From an uncultured Planctomycetales bacterium (lineage in GTDB: Bacteria > Omnitrophota > Gorgyraeia > Zapsychrales > GWA2-47-8): a stretch of 56,379 bases of DNA. The DNA lies in assembly GCA_964359575.1 (NCBI GenBank), contig CAYHTV010000002.1:1-56379 (forward strand). The letters run 5' to 3'. Positions 42,687-51,969 of the stretch are shown here, piece by piece. The position numbers were made by a program, and so were the translations under genes. Within the stretch, counting starts at the first letter, position 1. Every line of letters starts with the position of its first letter. Below the pieces are notes generated by a model, which was not told the origin of the DNA, ran no database searches, and saw only the letters and a program-made list of their open reading frames with translations.

Positions 42687-42929
42687 TTATTTCTTAAATT
42701 TTTTATGTGTCCCATCGCAAAACGGTGGTGTTTGCGTGGCCTTGCAGCCGCACCAAGCCACCGTTTTCTTTTCAGTAATTTGGATGATTTTGGGGGTCAT
42801 GCCAACGGCGCCATGAGAACCATCGCAAAACGGTTGTTTATGAGATTCGCCGCACGAACACCAGGCATAAATTTTCGCCTCAGCATCCAAGACATAGGGC
42901 TGATAGCGGATGGTATTTTTTTTAGGCAT
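42687..42929 (-). CDS. CDGSH iron-sulfur domain protein (two CDGSH motifs)
   Basis: WCSCGESHKQPFCDGSH and WCGCKATQTPPFCDGTH. Confidence 0.88.
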   Translation of the reverse strand: MPKKNTIRYQPYVLDAEAKIYAWCSCGESHKQPFCDGSHGAVGMTPKIIQITEKKTVAWCGCKATQTPPFCDGTHKKFKK

Positions 42930-42937
42930 GCGATAAA

Positions 42938-43174
42938 TTATAACGAGCGATGGGTGCCATCACAAAAAGGCGGATTATGCGAATGCTTACAGCCACACCA
43001 AGCGATCTTTTGTTTTGTCTCAACTTTTAAACTCAGAGGCCGGAATAAAGTCGTGCGGTGCGAACCGTCACAATAGGGTTGATTTTTTGACTGTCCACAG
43101 GCACACCACGCATAAGTTCCTGGTTCAACCTCTAAGACAAAGGGTTGGCGTTGGGCAATTGTTGGTTTATCCAT
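42938..43174 (-). CDS. CDGSH iron-sulfur domain protein (two CDGSH motifs), tandem paralogue
   Basis: WCACGQSKNQPYCDGSH and WCGCKHSHNPPFCDGTH. GGAGGT RBS. Confidence 0.88.
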   Translation of the reverse strand: MDKPTIAQRQPFVLEVEPGTYAWCACGQSKNQPYCDGSHRTTLFRPLSLKVETKQKIAWCGCKHSHNPPFCDGTHRSL

Positions 43175-43373
43175 GGGACCTCCTTAATAATAGCGAATTT
43201 ATTTTAATAGGCGCTGACCATTAAGTCAATGAGGGAATTCCCGCAAAATTTTTAAAACCATAAAGTTTTTTTACAAGAAAACTCCTCACTTCGTTCGTCG
43301 TAACTTCTTTGCTGCATAGGAGAGGAGTTTTTAGCAGCTAGGAAAGTTTTATACTTTCCTATGCTGTCAAAAA

Positions 43374-43382
43374 TTGCTATAA
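43374..43382 (+). promoter_or_regulatory. extended -10 promoter element TGCTATAAT
   Basis: Exact TGnTATAAT 25 nt upstream of repeat copy 4 and about 155 nt upstream of lhgO. No good -35. Confidence 0.35.
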
Positions 43383-43406
43383 TACAAAGCCTATTCGTAT
43401 CGTTTT

Positions 43407-43509
43407 TATGGGCCTTTGTACAACTAAAGAAAAAAATTTGGATTTATCATTGAGGAGACAAAGGCCAATATTGACTACCTCAATTTTTTTGGTTCTACAA
43501 AGGTCAATA
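43407..43509 (-). repeat. 99-nt TIR repeat element, copy 4 (core 43409-43507)
   Basis: One substitution (43496) relative to copy 1. It lies 26 nt upstream of the lhgO start. Confidence 0.95.
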
Positions 43510-43535
43510 ATAATTGAAGCATAAAGGAAAATTGG

Positions 43536-44732
43536 ATGTTAAATCGGTATGATTATCTCATTATAGGATCGGGAATTATTGGTTTAAGTGTTGCGGTTTC
43601 GCTCAAAAAGGCAAGACCGGCAGCCAAAATCCTCATCATTGATAAAGAGGACAAAGTGGCTTATCATGCCTCCGGACGTAACAGCGGCGTCTTGCACGCT
43701 GGATTCTATTATACCGCTGACAGCCTCAAAGCCCGCTTCACCGTTGCGGGCAATAGAGCAATGAAGCAGTATTGCCGGCTGAAAAATTTACCGCTCAATG
43801 AATGCGGCAAGCTGGTTGTAGCCCAAAACCGTGAGGAGTTGGAAAAGTTGTATGAACTTGAGCGCCGTGGACAGCACAATGGCTCCAATGTCCGTCTTAT
43901 TGACGAAAAGGAAGCAGCGGCAATTGAACCCAATGTAAAAACCCATAAAAAGGCTTTGTATTCGCCAGATACCGCCAGTGTTGATCCTACTCAAATCTGC
44001 CGCTCTCTGCAAGAAGATCTGCATCAGTTGGGAGTTATTTTTTTCTTCAAGACTCATTATTTAGGACATAACGACAAAATTATCCACACAACGCAAAATG
44101 ATATTCATGCTGATTTTGTGATCAACTGTACCGGGCTTTACGCCGATGAAGTAGCGCACGATTTTGGTTTTGGATCTCAATACACAATGATTCCGTTTAA
44201 GGGATTGTATTTAAAATACACAAAAAATAAAACTGACGTCACAACAAATATTTATCCTGTTCCAAATTTGAGAAATCCTTTTTTGGGCGTACATTTTACT
44301 AAAACTGTGACTGGTGAGATTAAAATCGGCCCCACGGCCATTCCGGCGTTATGGCGGGAAAATTATAGCGGATTCGAAAATTTTAAAATTAATGAACTCT
44401 GCCGAATCGCGTATTTTGAAACAAAATTGTTTTTCTTAAATTCGTTTGGGTTTCGAAATCTTGCCTTTGAAGAGATGCAAAAATATAAAAAAGATTATTT
44501 CATCAAATTGGCCATGAATATGGTTCAATCCATTGATCCGAAAGGATTTACTGAATTTACCAAACCCGGCATCCGCGCTCAACTTTTAAACAAAAAAACC
44601 CTGGAGTTAGTCCAAGACTTTGTTATCGAGGGAGACAAGCAAAGCCTGCATGTTCTCAATGCTGTTTCACCCGCCTTTACCTGCGCTTTTCCATTTGCGG
44701 AACATATTGTGAATAAATATCTTACAGCGTAG
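43536..44732 (+). CDS. lhgO: FAD-dependent L-2-hydroxyglutarate oxidase-like oxidoreductase
   Basis: 398-aa ORF with the FAD motif YLIIGSGIIGLS and the pattern HASGRNSGVLHAGFYY typical of LhgO/DAO-family enzymes. Confidence 0.7.
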   Translation: MLNRYDYLIIGSGIIGLSVAVSLKKARPAAKILIIDKEDKVAYHASGRNSGVLHAGFYYTADSLKARFTVAGNRAMKQYCRLKNLPLNECGKLVVAQNREELEKLYELERRGQHNGSNVRLIDEKEAAAIEPNVKTHKKALYSPDTASVDPTQICRSLQEDLHQLGVIFFFKTHYLGHNDKIIHTTQNDIHADFVINCTGLYADEVAHDFGFGSQYTMIPFKGLYLKYTKNKTDVTTNIYPVPNLRNPFLGVHFTKTVTGEIKIGPTAIPALWRENYSGFENFKINELCRIAYFETKLFFLNSFGFRNLAFEEMQKYKKDYFIKLAMNMVQSIDPKGFTEFTKPGIRAQLLNKKTLELVQDFVIEGDKQSLHVLNAVSPAFTCAFPFAEHIVNKYLTA

Positions 44733-44808
44733 TTATAACGTAATCGCCGCATTGCTATGTTTACCAAGATATGTTAAACTTTAAATAAGCCAAAAAGAGA
44801 AGTATTAC

Positions 44809-44850
44809 TTGACATTTTTTAGACTTTTGATAATATTTGTATGGATACAA
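44809..44850 (+). promoter_or_regulatory. sigma70-like promoter TTGACA-16-TAATAT followed by the palindrome TTGTAT-GG-ATACAA
   Basis: -35 at 44809-44814, -10 at 44831-44836 and palindrome at 44837-44850 over the expected transcription start. It lies upstream of the nfu-like gene. Confidence 0.5.
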
Positions 44851-44917
44851 TGACACTGGTCGGATTTTCCGGCAGTATCACAATGTGAACAGAAAAGAAT
44901 AATCTCAAGGAGCGTAT

Positions 44918-45472
44918 ATGAGCGTTAAATTACAAATTCAAAGCACACCCAACCCAAATGCTTTAAAATTTGTCTTAAATGTGCCAGTTAAGACCGAAGG
45001 AAAGACAACCTATAAAAACGCGGCCGAATGCTCACAGAATCCGCTCGCGCAGGCCTTGCTGGCTATCGAGCATGTCGTGGAAGTGTATTTTTTTGATAAT
45101 TACATTACAATCACGCAAGATGGTAGCGGCGATTGGGATATTTTAGAGGAAAAAGCCAGAACTGCGATCCTGGAGAAAATTGAGCAGCATGATCCGAATT
45201 TCAAAGTTGAGGAGCCGGCCAAACCGGTCTTTGTATCGGATAACCCCGATATCGAAAAAATCAACGCGATTTTAGATCAGACGATCCGTCCGGCCTTGCA
45301 GATGGACGGCGGTGATATCCATGTGGTCCAATTCGAGGGCAGCGTGATCAAGGTCAATTACCAAGGAGCGTGCGGCTCATGCCCAAGCTCAACGATGGGA
45401 ACATTAAAAGCGATTGAGAACATTTTACGAGATGAATTTAAACCTGACATTGTGGTAGAATTGGCGGTATAA
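44918..45472 (+). CDS. Nfu-type Fe-S scaffold/carrier (Nfu N-terminal domain + NifU C-terminal domain)
   Basis: QSTPNPNALKF (Nfu_N) and the C-terminal LQMDGGDIHVV...YQGACGSCPSS (CxxC). Confidence 0.85.
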   Translation: MSVKLQIQSTPNPNALKFVLNVPVKTEGKTTYKNAAECSQNPLAQALLAIEHVVEVYFFDNYITITQDGSGDWDILEEKARTAILEKIEQHDPNFKVEEPAKPVFVSDNPDIEKINAILDQTIRPALQMDGGDIHVVQFEGSVIKVNYQGACGSCPSSTMGTLKAIENILRDEFKPDIVVELAV

Positions 45473-45473
45473 A

Positions 45474-45821
45474 ATGAGCCCATTAAATCAAAAAAAATGC
45501 CAGCCGTGCGAAGGAATCGGGGAGGCGTATACTTTGGACGACGCCCGTAAATTTTTGCCAGAAATTCCAGGTTGGCAGTTACATGATGACGGCAAAGTCA
45601 TTTATCAACAATACAATATGAAAAATTTCATGGCGGCTATTGATTTTATTAATGAAGTAGCAAAAATCGCCGAAGGTGAGGATCATCATCCAGACTTACA
45701 TTTAACCGGGTATAGAAAATTAAAAATTGAATTGAGCACACATGCCTTGGGCGGATTAACGGAAAACGATTTTATAGTCGCGGCTAAGATTAACGCCTTG
45801 CCGATTCGCGTAAGAGCATAA
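45474..45821 (+). CDS. pterin-4-alpha-carbinolamine dehydratase (PCD/DCoH family)
   Basis: 115-aa ORF with AIDFINEVAKIAEGEDHHPDL...L.TH. Confidence 0.85.
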   Translation: MSPLNQKKCQPCEGIGEAYTLDDARKFLPEIPGWQLHDDGKVIYQQYNMKNFMAAIDFINEVAKIAEGEDHHPDLHLTGYRKLKIELSTHALGGLTENDFIVAAKINALPIRVRA

Positions 45822-45866
45822 TTTTTTTTGGCTGGATTTAAGTACAATTTTGCAGTATTAAAGTAC

Positions 45867-45969
45867 TATTGACCTTTGTAGAACCAAAAGAATTGAGGTA
45901 GTCAATATTGGCCTTTGTCTCCTCAATGATAAATCCAAATTTTTTTCTTTAGTTGTACAAAGGCCCATA
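45867..45969 (+). repeat. 99-nt TIR repeat element, copy 5 (core 45869-45967)
   Basis: Identical to copy 1. It lies between the PCD stop and the Rrf2 regulator start (45988). Confidence 0.95.
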
Positions 45970-45987
45970 AAAGGAAGCAAGAAACAC

Positions 45988-46476
45988 ATGTTTAAAATTA
46001 ACCGAAAATTGGAATACGCCTTAATCGCCCTGAAGTACATGAGCAGCAAAAAGCAGGGTCAGCTGACTTCCGCAAAGGAAATTTGCGATCTTTATCATAC
46101 ACCTTTTGATCCGACATCCAGGGTTTTACAAATCATGGCGCAGAATGAAATTCTTAAAGCTGAGCACGGAGCGCATGGCGGCTATCACATCATCAAAGAT
46201 CTTGAAAAAATATCGCTGTCGGAATTAACCGACTTAATTACCGGCCCCATTGAAATCGCCAGTTGTTTTCACGGTGACTATTCACATTGTGAGATCACCG
46301 GTTCCTGCAGCGTGATTGGACCGATGTTGAATCTCAACATGGAAATCAGCAAACTTTTTAAAACGATTATGATTACGGATCTTGTCCGCTCACACCACCA
46401 AGACGAAAAGGCAATTAAGGCTAAACCCTTTGCCGCTGGCAAGGATTTAAACGATTCAATGGTGCATAATCCCTGA
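45988..46476 (+). CDS. Rrf2-family transcriptional regulator heading the suf operon
   Basis: An N-terminal wHTH typical of Rrf2 (MFKINRKLEYALIALKYM...SAKEICD...PFDPTSRVLQIM) plus a Cys cluster (CFHGDYSHCEITGSC). Confidence 0.8.
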   Translation: MFKINRKLEYALIALKYMSSKKQGQLTSAKEICDLYHTPFDPTSRVLQIMAQNEILKAEHGAHGGYHIIKDLEKISLSELTDLITGPIEIASCFHGDYSHCEITGSCSVIGPMLNLNMEISKLFKTIMITDLVRSHHQDEKAIKAKPFAAGKDLNDSMVHNP

Positions 46477-46485
46477 GGGCACGTA

Positions 46486-47958
46486 ATGACAAAAGTCAAT
46501 GAAAAATTACTGAATGAAAAAACCATTGAGCAGAATACCCTTTCGCGCCGCGATTATCAATATGGTTTTTATACGGATATCGAGATGGAGCGGATCCCCA
46601 AAGGCTTAAATGAGGATACCATCCGTTTGATCGTTGAAAAAAAAGGGGAACCGGAATGGATGTTCACCCGGCGGCTTAAGGCCTACCGCCATTGGAAAAC
46701 TATGAAAGAACCGCATTGGCCAAACTTTCAATATGGACCAATTGATTACCAAGCCTTGAGTTATTACACCGCGCCCCAAAAGCGCGCGGATAATCCCAAG
46801 AGTATGAACGAAGTTGATCCGGAATTGATTAAGACATTTGAAAAATTAGGGATCCCTCTAAGCGAACAAAAACGGCTGAGTGGTGTCGCCGTCGATGCCG
46901 TTTTTGACAGTGTCTCCGTTGGGACGACACATCAGGCGGAATTGGCGAAACTGGGGGTTATTTTCTGCTCCATGACCGAGGCGATCACACATCACCCCGA
47001 GTTGGTTAAAAAATATCTGGGCTCCGTTGTACCGTATACCGATAACTTTTTTGCGACCCTCAATTCCGCGGTTTTTAGCGATGGATCATTCTGTTATATT
47101 CCTAAGGGTGTGAGGTGCCCTCTGGAATTATCAACTTACTTTAGAATCAATGCCGCTGAATCAGGTCAATTTGAGCGGACGTTGATTATTGCTGAAGATA
47201 ATAGCTATGTCAGTTACCTTGAAGGCTGCACGGCGCCGATGCGTGATGAAAATCAACTCCATGCAGCGGTTGTCGAGCTAATCACTTTAGATAATGCGGA
47301 AATCAAATATTCAACAGTTCAAAACTGGTATTCGGGCAATAAAGAAGGCAAGGGGGGTATTTACAATTTCGTCACGAAACGCGGAAAATGCGTTGGAAAG
47401 AATTCAAAAATCTCATGGACGCAGGTGGAAGCGGGATCTGCTATCACCTGGAAATATCCCAGTGTCATCCTGCAGGGTGATCGCTCTGTTGGAAAATTCT
47501 ACTCGGTGGCATTGACCAACAACCGCATGCAGGCGGATACTGGGACAAAAATGATCCATATCGGCAAAAATACCAAAAGCACCATCGTTTCAAAAGGAAT
47601 TTCCGCGGATGAATCAAACAATAATTACCGCGGCCTGGTAAAAATTCTTCCCTCGGCGGATGGCGCGCGCAATTATTCGCAGTGCGACTCCATGCTCATC
47701 GGAAATAAATGTCAGGCGAACACGTTTCCCTATATTGAAGTAAAGAACAGCACTGCGGTTATGGAGCATGAGGCCTCAACATCAAAAATTAATGCCGAAC
47801 AGCTTTTCTATTTACGATCACGGGGGCTTGATATGGAAGGGGCGGTTTCACTTATCATCAATGGCTTTTGTAAAGATGTTTTTAAGGAACTTCCCATGGA
47901 GTTTGCGGTAGAAGCCGTGCGCTTACTGGAAATGAAATTAGAAGGAAGTGTGGGGTAA
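46486..47958 (+). CDS. sufB: Fe-S cluster assembly protein SufB
   Basis: 490-aa ORF with typical SufB patterns ([37 protein letters not shown]...QLFYLRSRG). Confidence 0.93.
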   Translation: MTKVNEKLLNEKTIEQNTLSRRDYQYGFYTDIEMERIPKGLNEDTIRLIVEKKGEPEWMFTRRLKAYRHWKTMKEPHWPNFQYGPIDYQALSYYTAPQKRADNPKSMNEVDPELIKTFEKLGIPLSEQKRLSGVAVDAVFDSVSVGTTHQAELAKLGVIFCSMTEAITHHPELVKKYLGSVVPYTDNFFATLNSAVFSDGSFCYIPKGVRCPLELSTYFRINAAESGQFERTLIIAEDNSYVSYLEGCTAPMRDENQLHAAVVELITLDNAEIKYSTVQNWYSGNKEGKGGIYNFVTKRGKCVGKNSKISWTQVEAGSAITWKYPSVILQGDRSVGKFYSVALTNNRMQADTGTKMIHIGKNTKSTIVSKGISADESNNNYRGLVKILPSADGARNYSQCDSMLIGNKCQANTFPYIEVKNSTAVMEHEASTSKINAEQLFYLRSRGLDMEGAVSLIINGFCKDVFKELPMEFAVEAVRLLEMKLEGSVG

Positions 47959-47999
47959 AACCACAGATGCATATCAAAGCAGAAGAAAGGATTCAAGCA

Positions 48000-48752
48000 A
48001 TGTTAGAGATCAGAAATCTACACGCCGGGATTGAAGGGACACCTATTCTAAAGGGTCTCAATTTAACTATCAATCCAGGCGAAGTCCATGCCATTATGGG
48101 ACCGAATGGATCTGGGAAAAGCACGTTGGCCAAAGTGATCGCCGGGCATCCGCAGTATCAAGTCACGGCTGGTGAATTACTCTATGAAGTAAATTTTAAA
48201 AAAGTAAATCTCTTGGAACTCGAGCCCGAGGAACGGGCCCGCGAAGGGGTCTTCATGGCATTCCAATACCCGGTTGAAATCCCCGGGGTAAACGCCTCAA
48301 TGTTTTTGCGTTCCGCTTTTAATGAAATTTGTAAGCATCAGGGCGCCGAAGAGATGGACCCCATGGAATTCGATGAATATTTAAGAAAAAAAATGAAACT
48401 GCTCGGTATGGACGAAAAATTCATCAACCGGCCGGTAAACGTGGATTTCTCCGGTGGAGAGAAAAAGCGCAATGAAATTTTACAGATGGCGATTCTGAAT
48501 CCGCGGCTGGCTGTTTTGGATGAAACAGATTCTGGTTTGGATATCGATTCCATGCGGATTGTCGCCGATGGCGTTAACAAGCTGCGCAGTAAAGATAATT
48601 CAATTCTTGTCATTACGCATTACCAGCGTCTGCTCAACTATATTATCCCGGATTTTGTCCACATTCTTTACGATGGAAAAATTATTAGATCGAGAGGCAA
48701 AGAACTTGCTTTCGAAGTTGAAGAAAAGGGATATGATTGGCTGGTCAAATAA
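48000..48752 (+). CDS. sufC: Fe-S cluster assembly ATPase SufC
   Basis: The start is chosen at MLEIRNLH (AAAGGA 8 nt upstream). Walker A GPNGSGKST, signature FSGGEKKR and Walker B AVLDETDSGLD. Confidence 0.92.
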   Translation: MLEIRNLHAGIEGTPILKGLNLTINPGEVHAIMGPNGSGKSTLAKVIAGHPQYQVTAGELLYEVNFKKVNLLELEPEERAREGVFMAFQYPVEIPGVNASMFLRSAFNEICKHQGAEEMDPMEFDEYLRKKMKLLGMDEKFINRPVNVDFSGGEKKRNEILQMAILNPRLAVLDETDSGLDIDSMRIVADGVNKLRSKDNSILVITHYQRLLNYIIPDFVHILYDGKIIRSRGKELAFEVEEKGYDWLVK

Positions 48753-48767
48753 ATCAAGGAATGCTTT

Positions 48768-50084
48768 ATGATTTTGCAATCGGAACATGCCCGATCCTTT
48801 ATCGATGGATTAGAAAATTTGGATAAAACCATCGCAATCCAAGCCACGGGATGGCTTAAAGAATTTCGTTTAAAAAATCTTTTTAGATTTAACGGATTGG
48901 GCTTCCCAACGGTAAAGGACGAGGAATGGAAATACACCAACATTGAGCCGCTTCTGACGCAGCAATATCATTCTGCCTTGAGCCCGCAAGCCATAGAAGC
49001 AGATCCGCTTAAGACTTATCTCAATTGTGCCGAATTGAATCTGGTTTTTATCAATGGCACATTTTCTGCCAATTTATCTAATCTGCGCGGACTCCCCAAA
49101 GGAGCAATTGTTTCAACCTTGCAGGAGGCATGGCCATTGCAGCGAGCGGATATCGAAAATATTCTTAAAAAATATAATCCTGCCCAAGGCACTTTTTTCA
49201 CGGCTCTTAATCTGGCTATCGCCGGTAATGGGGCATTTATTAAAATTACGGATAACGCGCGTGTGGAAAAATTAATCCACATTATTCATCTTACCAGTAC
49301 TCAAGAGCAAAACACATTTTTGTGTCCGCAAACTATGATTATTATTGGCAAATCCGGCGCGGCATCGATTCTTGAAACGCATATCAGCTTTTCGAATGAT
49401 CGCGTGTATTTTGCCAATGCCTTAACTGACATCCATCTCGCGGAAAATGCAATTTTAAATTATCACAAGGCGCAAAGTGAAAGCTTAAAGGCTTTTCATA
49501 TCGGGACGACCCGTGTTTGGCAAGAGCGAGATTCTAATTTTAACGGCTTTTCCTTTATGGTCGGAGGAAATATTACCCGTAATAATCTGGATGTCATTTT
49601 AAATGGTGAGGGTGCGAGCGCCAGACTTAATGGACTCTATTGTGTCAATGACACACAGTTGGTGGATAACCATTCTACCGTGGATCACCGCCAAGCCAAT
49701 GGTACCAGTAACCAGTTATATAAGGGCGTACTGAATGGGGCTTCGCGTGCGGTGTTTAATGGAAAAATTTTTGTGAAACCGATCGCACAAAAGACAAATT
49801 CTTACCAGCTCAATAAAAATCTATTACTGGGAAAAGAGGCGCGTGTCGATACTAAACCGCAGCTGGAAATTGGGGCCGATGATGTCAAGTGCACCCATGG
49901 AGCCACCATTGGCCAATTGAATGAAGACGAAATTTTTTATTTGCAAAGCCGCTGTATAGCAAGAAGCAAAGCTGTCAAAATGTTATCCGAGGGTTTTGTG
50001 GGTGACATCATCAACACCATTCCCCATGAATCTGTCCAGTCAAAACTCAATACACTGCTTGTGCCGACAATGGCAGCCTTTTAA
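48768..50084 (+). CDS. sufD: Fe-S cluster assembly protein SufD
   Basis: 438-aa ORF with a SufB/D beta-helix pattern (KPQLEIGADDVKCTHGATIGQL...FYLQSRCI). Confidence 0.9.
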   Translation: MILQSEHARSFIDGLENLDKTIAIQATGWLKEFRLKNLFRFNGLGFPTVKDEEWKYTNIEPLLTQQYHSALSPQAIEADPLKTYLNCAELNLVFINGTFSANLSNLRGLPKGAIVSTLQEAWPLQRADIENILKKYNPAQGTFFTALNLAIAGNGAFIKITDNARVEKLIHIIHLTSTQEQNTFLCPQTMIIIGKSGAASILETHISFSNDRVYFANALTDIHLAENAILNYHKAQSESLKAFHIGTTRVWQERDSNFNGFSFMVGGNITRNNLDVILNGEGASARLNGLYCVNDTQLVDNHSTVDHRQANGTSNQLYKGVLNGASRAVFNGKIFVKPIAQKTNSYQLNKNLLLGKEARVDTKPQLEIGADDVKCTHGATIGQLNEDEIFYLQSRCIARSKAVKMLSEGFVGDIINTIPHESVQSKLNTLLVPTMAAF

Positions 50085-50087
50085 ATT

Positions 50088-51329
50088 ATGGCCACGACTA
50101 AGGGTTTGTCTTTTCCGATAGCTAAAATCCGCCAGGACTTTCCCAACCTGCATGTGAAAGTCCACGGAAAGCCTCTCGTTTATCTTGATAATGCTGCCAC
50201 CACATTCAAGCCGCAATGTGTTATCGATACAATTGAAAGGCATTATAAAACCGGCACATCGAATATTCACCGTGGTGTTCATTATCTGAGTGAACAAGCA
50301 ACACGGGAGTTTGAGAATACCAGAGAAAAAATTAAGAAGTTTATCAATGCGGCGCAGGCGCATGAAATTATTTTTACGCGCGGCACAACCGAATCGATCA
50401 ATCTTGTAGCCAGCAGCTATGGCCGGACGTTTCTAAAAGCGGGGGATGAAATCCTTATCTCGGAAATGGAGCACCATTCCAATATTGTTCCCTGGCAGAT
50501 GCTTTGTGAGACGAACGGTTGCATCCTTAAAGTTGCGCCGATCAATAATAAAGGCGAATTGATTTGGGACGAATTCATTAAAATCTTAAGTCTTAAGACA
50601 AAATTTGTTTCTATTGTTTATGTCTCAAATTCTCTAGGCACCATTAATCCTGTTAAAAAAATTATCAAGGCCGCGCACCAATATAAAATTCCAGTCCTCA
50701 TCGATGCCGCGCAGGCCATTAATCATCGGGTGATTGACGTTCAAGAATTAGACTGTGATTTTTTAACTTTTTCCGGGCATAAATTATTTGGGCCAACAGG
50801 CGTGGGCGTGCTTTATGGAAAAACCGCACTGCTCGAGGAGATGCCACCGTACCAAGGCGGAGGTGACATGATCGCCTCGGTCACGTTTGAAAAAACAACG
50901 TACAACGTCCTGCCGCATAAATTTGAGGCAGGGACACCTAATGTCGCGGATGTTATTGGGTTAGGGGCCGCCATTGACTATCTCAATTCCATTGGTATGG
51001 AAAATATCGAATCGCATGAAAGGGAATTATTAGTTTATGGGACGGCGGTCTTACAAAAAATTCCCGGGCTCAAATTAATTGGGACAGCGAAAAAAAAGGT
51101 GGCAGTCTTGTCGTTCCTCTTGCCGCATATCCATGCTCATGATGTGGGCACCCTTGTTGATCAAGAAGGTATTGCGATTCGTACCGGGCACCATTGCACA
51201 CAACCGGTGATGAAACATTTCGGAGTTTCTGCGACTTCTCGTGCCTCACTGGCATTTTATAATACCAAAAAAGAAATCGATCAGTTAGCCAAAGCGATTT
51301 TAAAAACAAAGGAAGTTTTTCATGAGTAA
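50088..51329 (+). CDS. sufS: cysteine desulfurase SufS (class II aminotransferase V)
   Basis: YLDNAATT, FSGHK (PLP lysine) and RTGHHC (active-site Cys loop). Confidence 0.92.
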   Translation: MATTKGLSFPIAKIRQDFPNLHVKVHGKPLVYLDNAATTFKPQCVIDTIERHYKTGTSNIHRGVHYLSEQATREFENTREKIKKFINAAQAHEIIFTRGTTESINLVASSYGRTFLKAGDEILISEMEHHSNIVPWQMLCETNGCILKVAPINNKGELIWDEFIKILSLKTKFVSIVYVSNSLGTINPVKKIIKAAHQYKIPVLIDAAQAINHRVIDVQELDCDFLTFSGHKLFGPTGVGVLYGKTALLEEMPPYQGGGDMIASVTFEKTTYNVLPHKFEAGTPNVADVIGLGAAIDYLNSIGMENIESHERELLVYGTAVLQKIPGLKLIGTAKKKVAVLSFLLPHIHAHDVGTLVDQEGIAIRTGHHCTQPVMKHFGVSATSRASLAFYNTKKEIDQLAKAILKTKEVFHE

Positions 51330-51783
51330 TGACGCGCGCACTGAGCTATACCAGCAGGTAATTCTCGATCACAATAAAAAACCCCGCAATTTTAAAGAAT
51401 TGGCTCAGGCGACCCATTTTGCCGAAGGCTACAACCCTCTGTGCGGGGATCACATCAAGGTATATCTACAAGTCAATGGCCACGGTGTGATTGATGAAAT
51501 TTCTTTTATTGGAGACGGCTGCGCGATATCAAAGGCTTCCGCCTCACTCATGACGCAAAGCCTGAAGGGGAAAACTGTTACTGAGGCAAAAACACTTTTT
51601 GAACAATTTCATAATCTCATTAAAGGAAAATTAAATCCGGATAAAGATCCGAACGTTCTGGGAAAATTGGCTGTCTTTTCCGGGATTTGGCATTATCCTG
51701 CCCGGGTTAAATGTGCCAGCTTAAGTTGGCATACCACCAAAGGCGCACTCGAAAAAACGGAAACGGCTATTTCAACGGAATAA
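51322..51783 (+). CDS. sufU: SUF sulfur-transfer/scaffold protein SufU
   Basis: YNPLCGD, GDGCAISKASASL and VKCASLSW give the three conserved Cys of the SufU/IscU-like family. It overlaps sufS by 8 nt. Confidence 0.88.
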   Translation: MSNDARTELYQQVILDHNKKPRNFKELAQATHFAEGYNPLCGDHIKVYLQVNGHGVIDEISFIGDGCAISKASASLMTQSLKGKTVTEAKTLFEQFHNLIKGKLNPDKDPNVLGKLAVFSGIWHYPARVKCASLSWHTTKGALEKTETAISTE

Positions 51784-51789
51784 AAAATA

Positions 51790-51953
51790 CTAGAACACTG
51801 TAACAGAAATTTATGGTCCATATTTCCTCTCCCTTTTTCAGGGAGAGGGTAGGGTGAGGGTTAAAGATCGCTGAATATTCACCCCTCATCCTAACCTTCT
51901 CCCCAAAAAGGGGAGAAGGAGTTAACACAGAAACTAATGTTACAGTGTACTAG
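51790..51953. repeat. 164-nt composite palindrome (outer 16-nt arms with nested hairpins)
   Basis: The outer arms are CTAGAACACTGTAACA (51790-51805) and TGTTACAGTGTACTAG (51938-51953), matching at 15 of 16 positions. Inner hairpins are CCTCTCCC-N7-GGGAGAGG (51826-51848) and CCTTCTCCCC-N5-GGGGAGAAGG (51895-51919), plus a central imperfect pair. It fills the sufU-moaA gap. Confidence 0.85.
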
Positions 51954-51969
51954 AATTTGGGATTTAACT

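Noticed and set aside
45858-46049. 63-aa ORF (and the related 55439-55723 ORF) containing MGLCTTKEKNLDLSLRRQRPILTTSILLVLQRSI
   Set aside because: The shared peptide is simply one frame of the 99-nt repeat. Its identity reflects DNA repeat identity, not a gene family.
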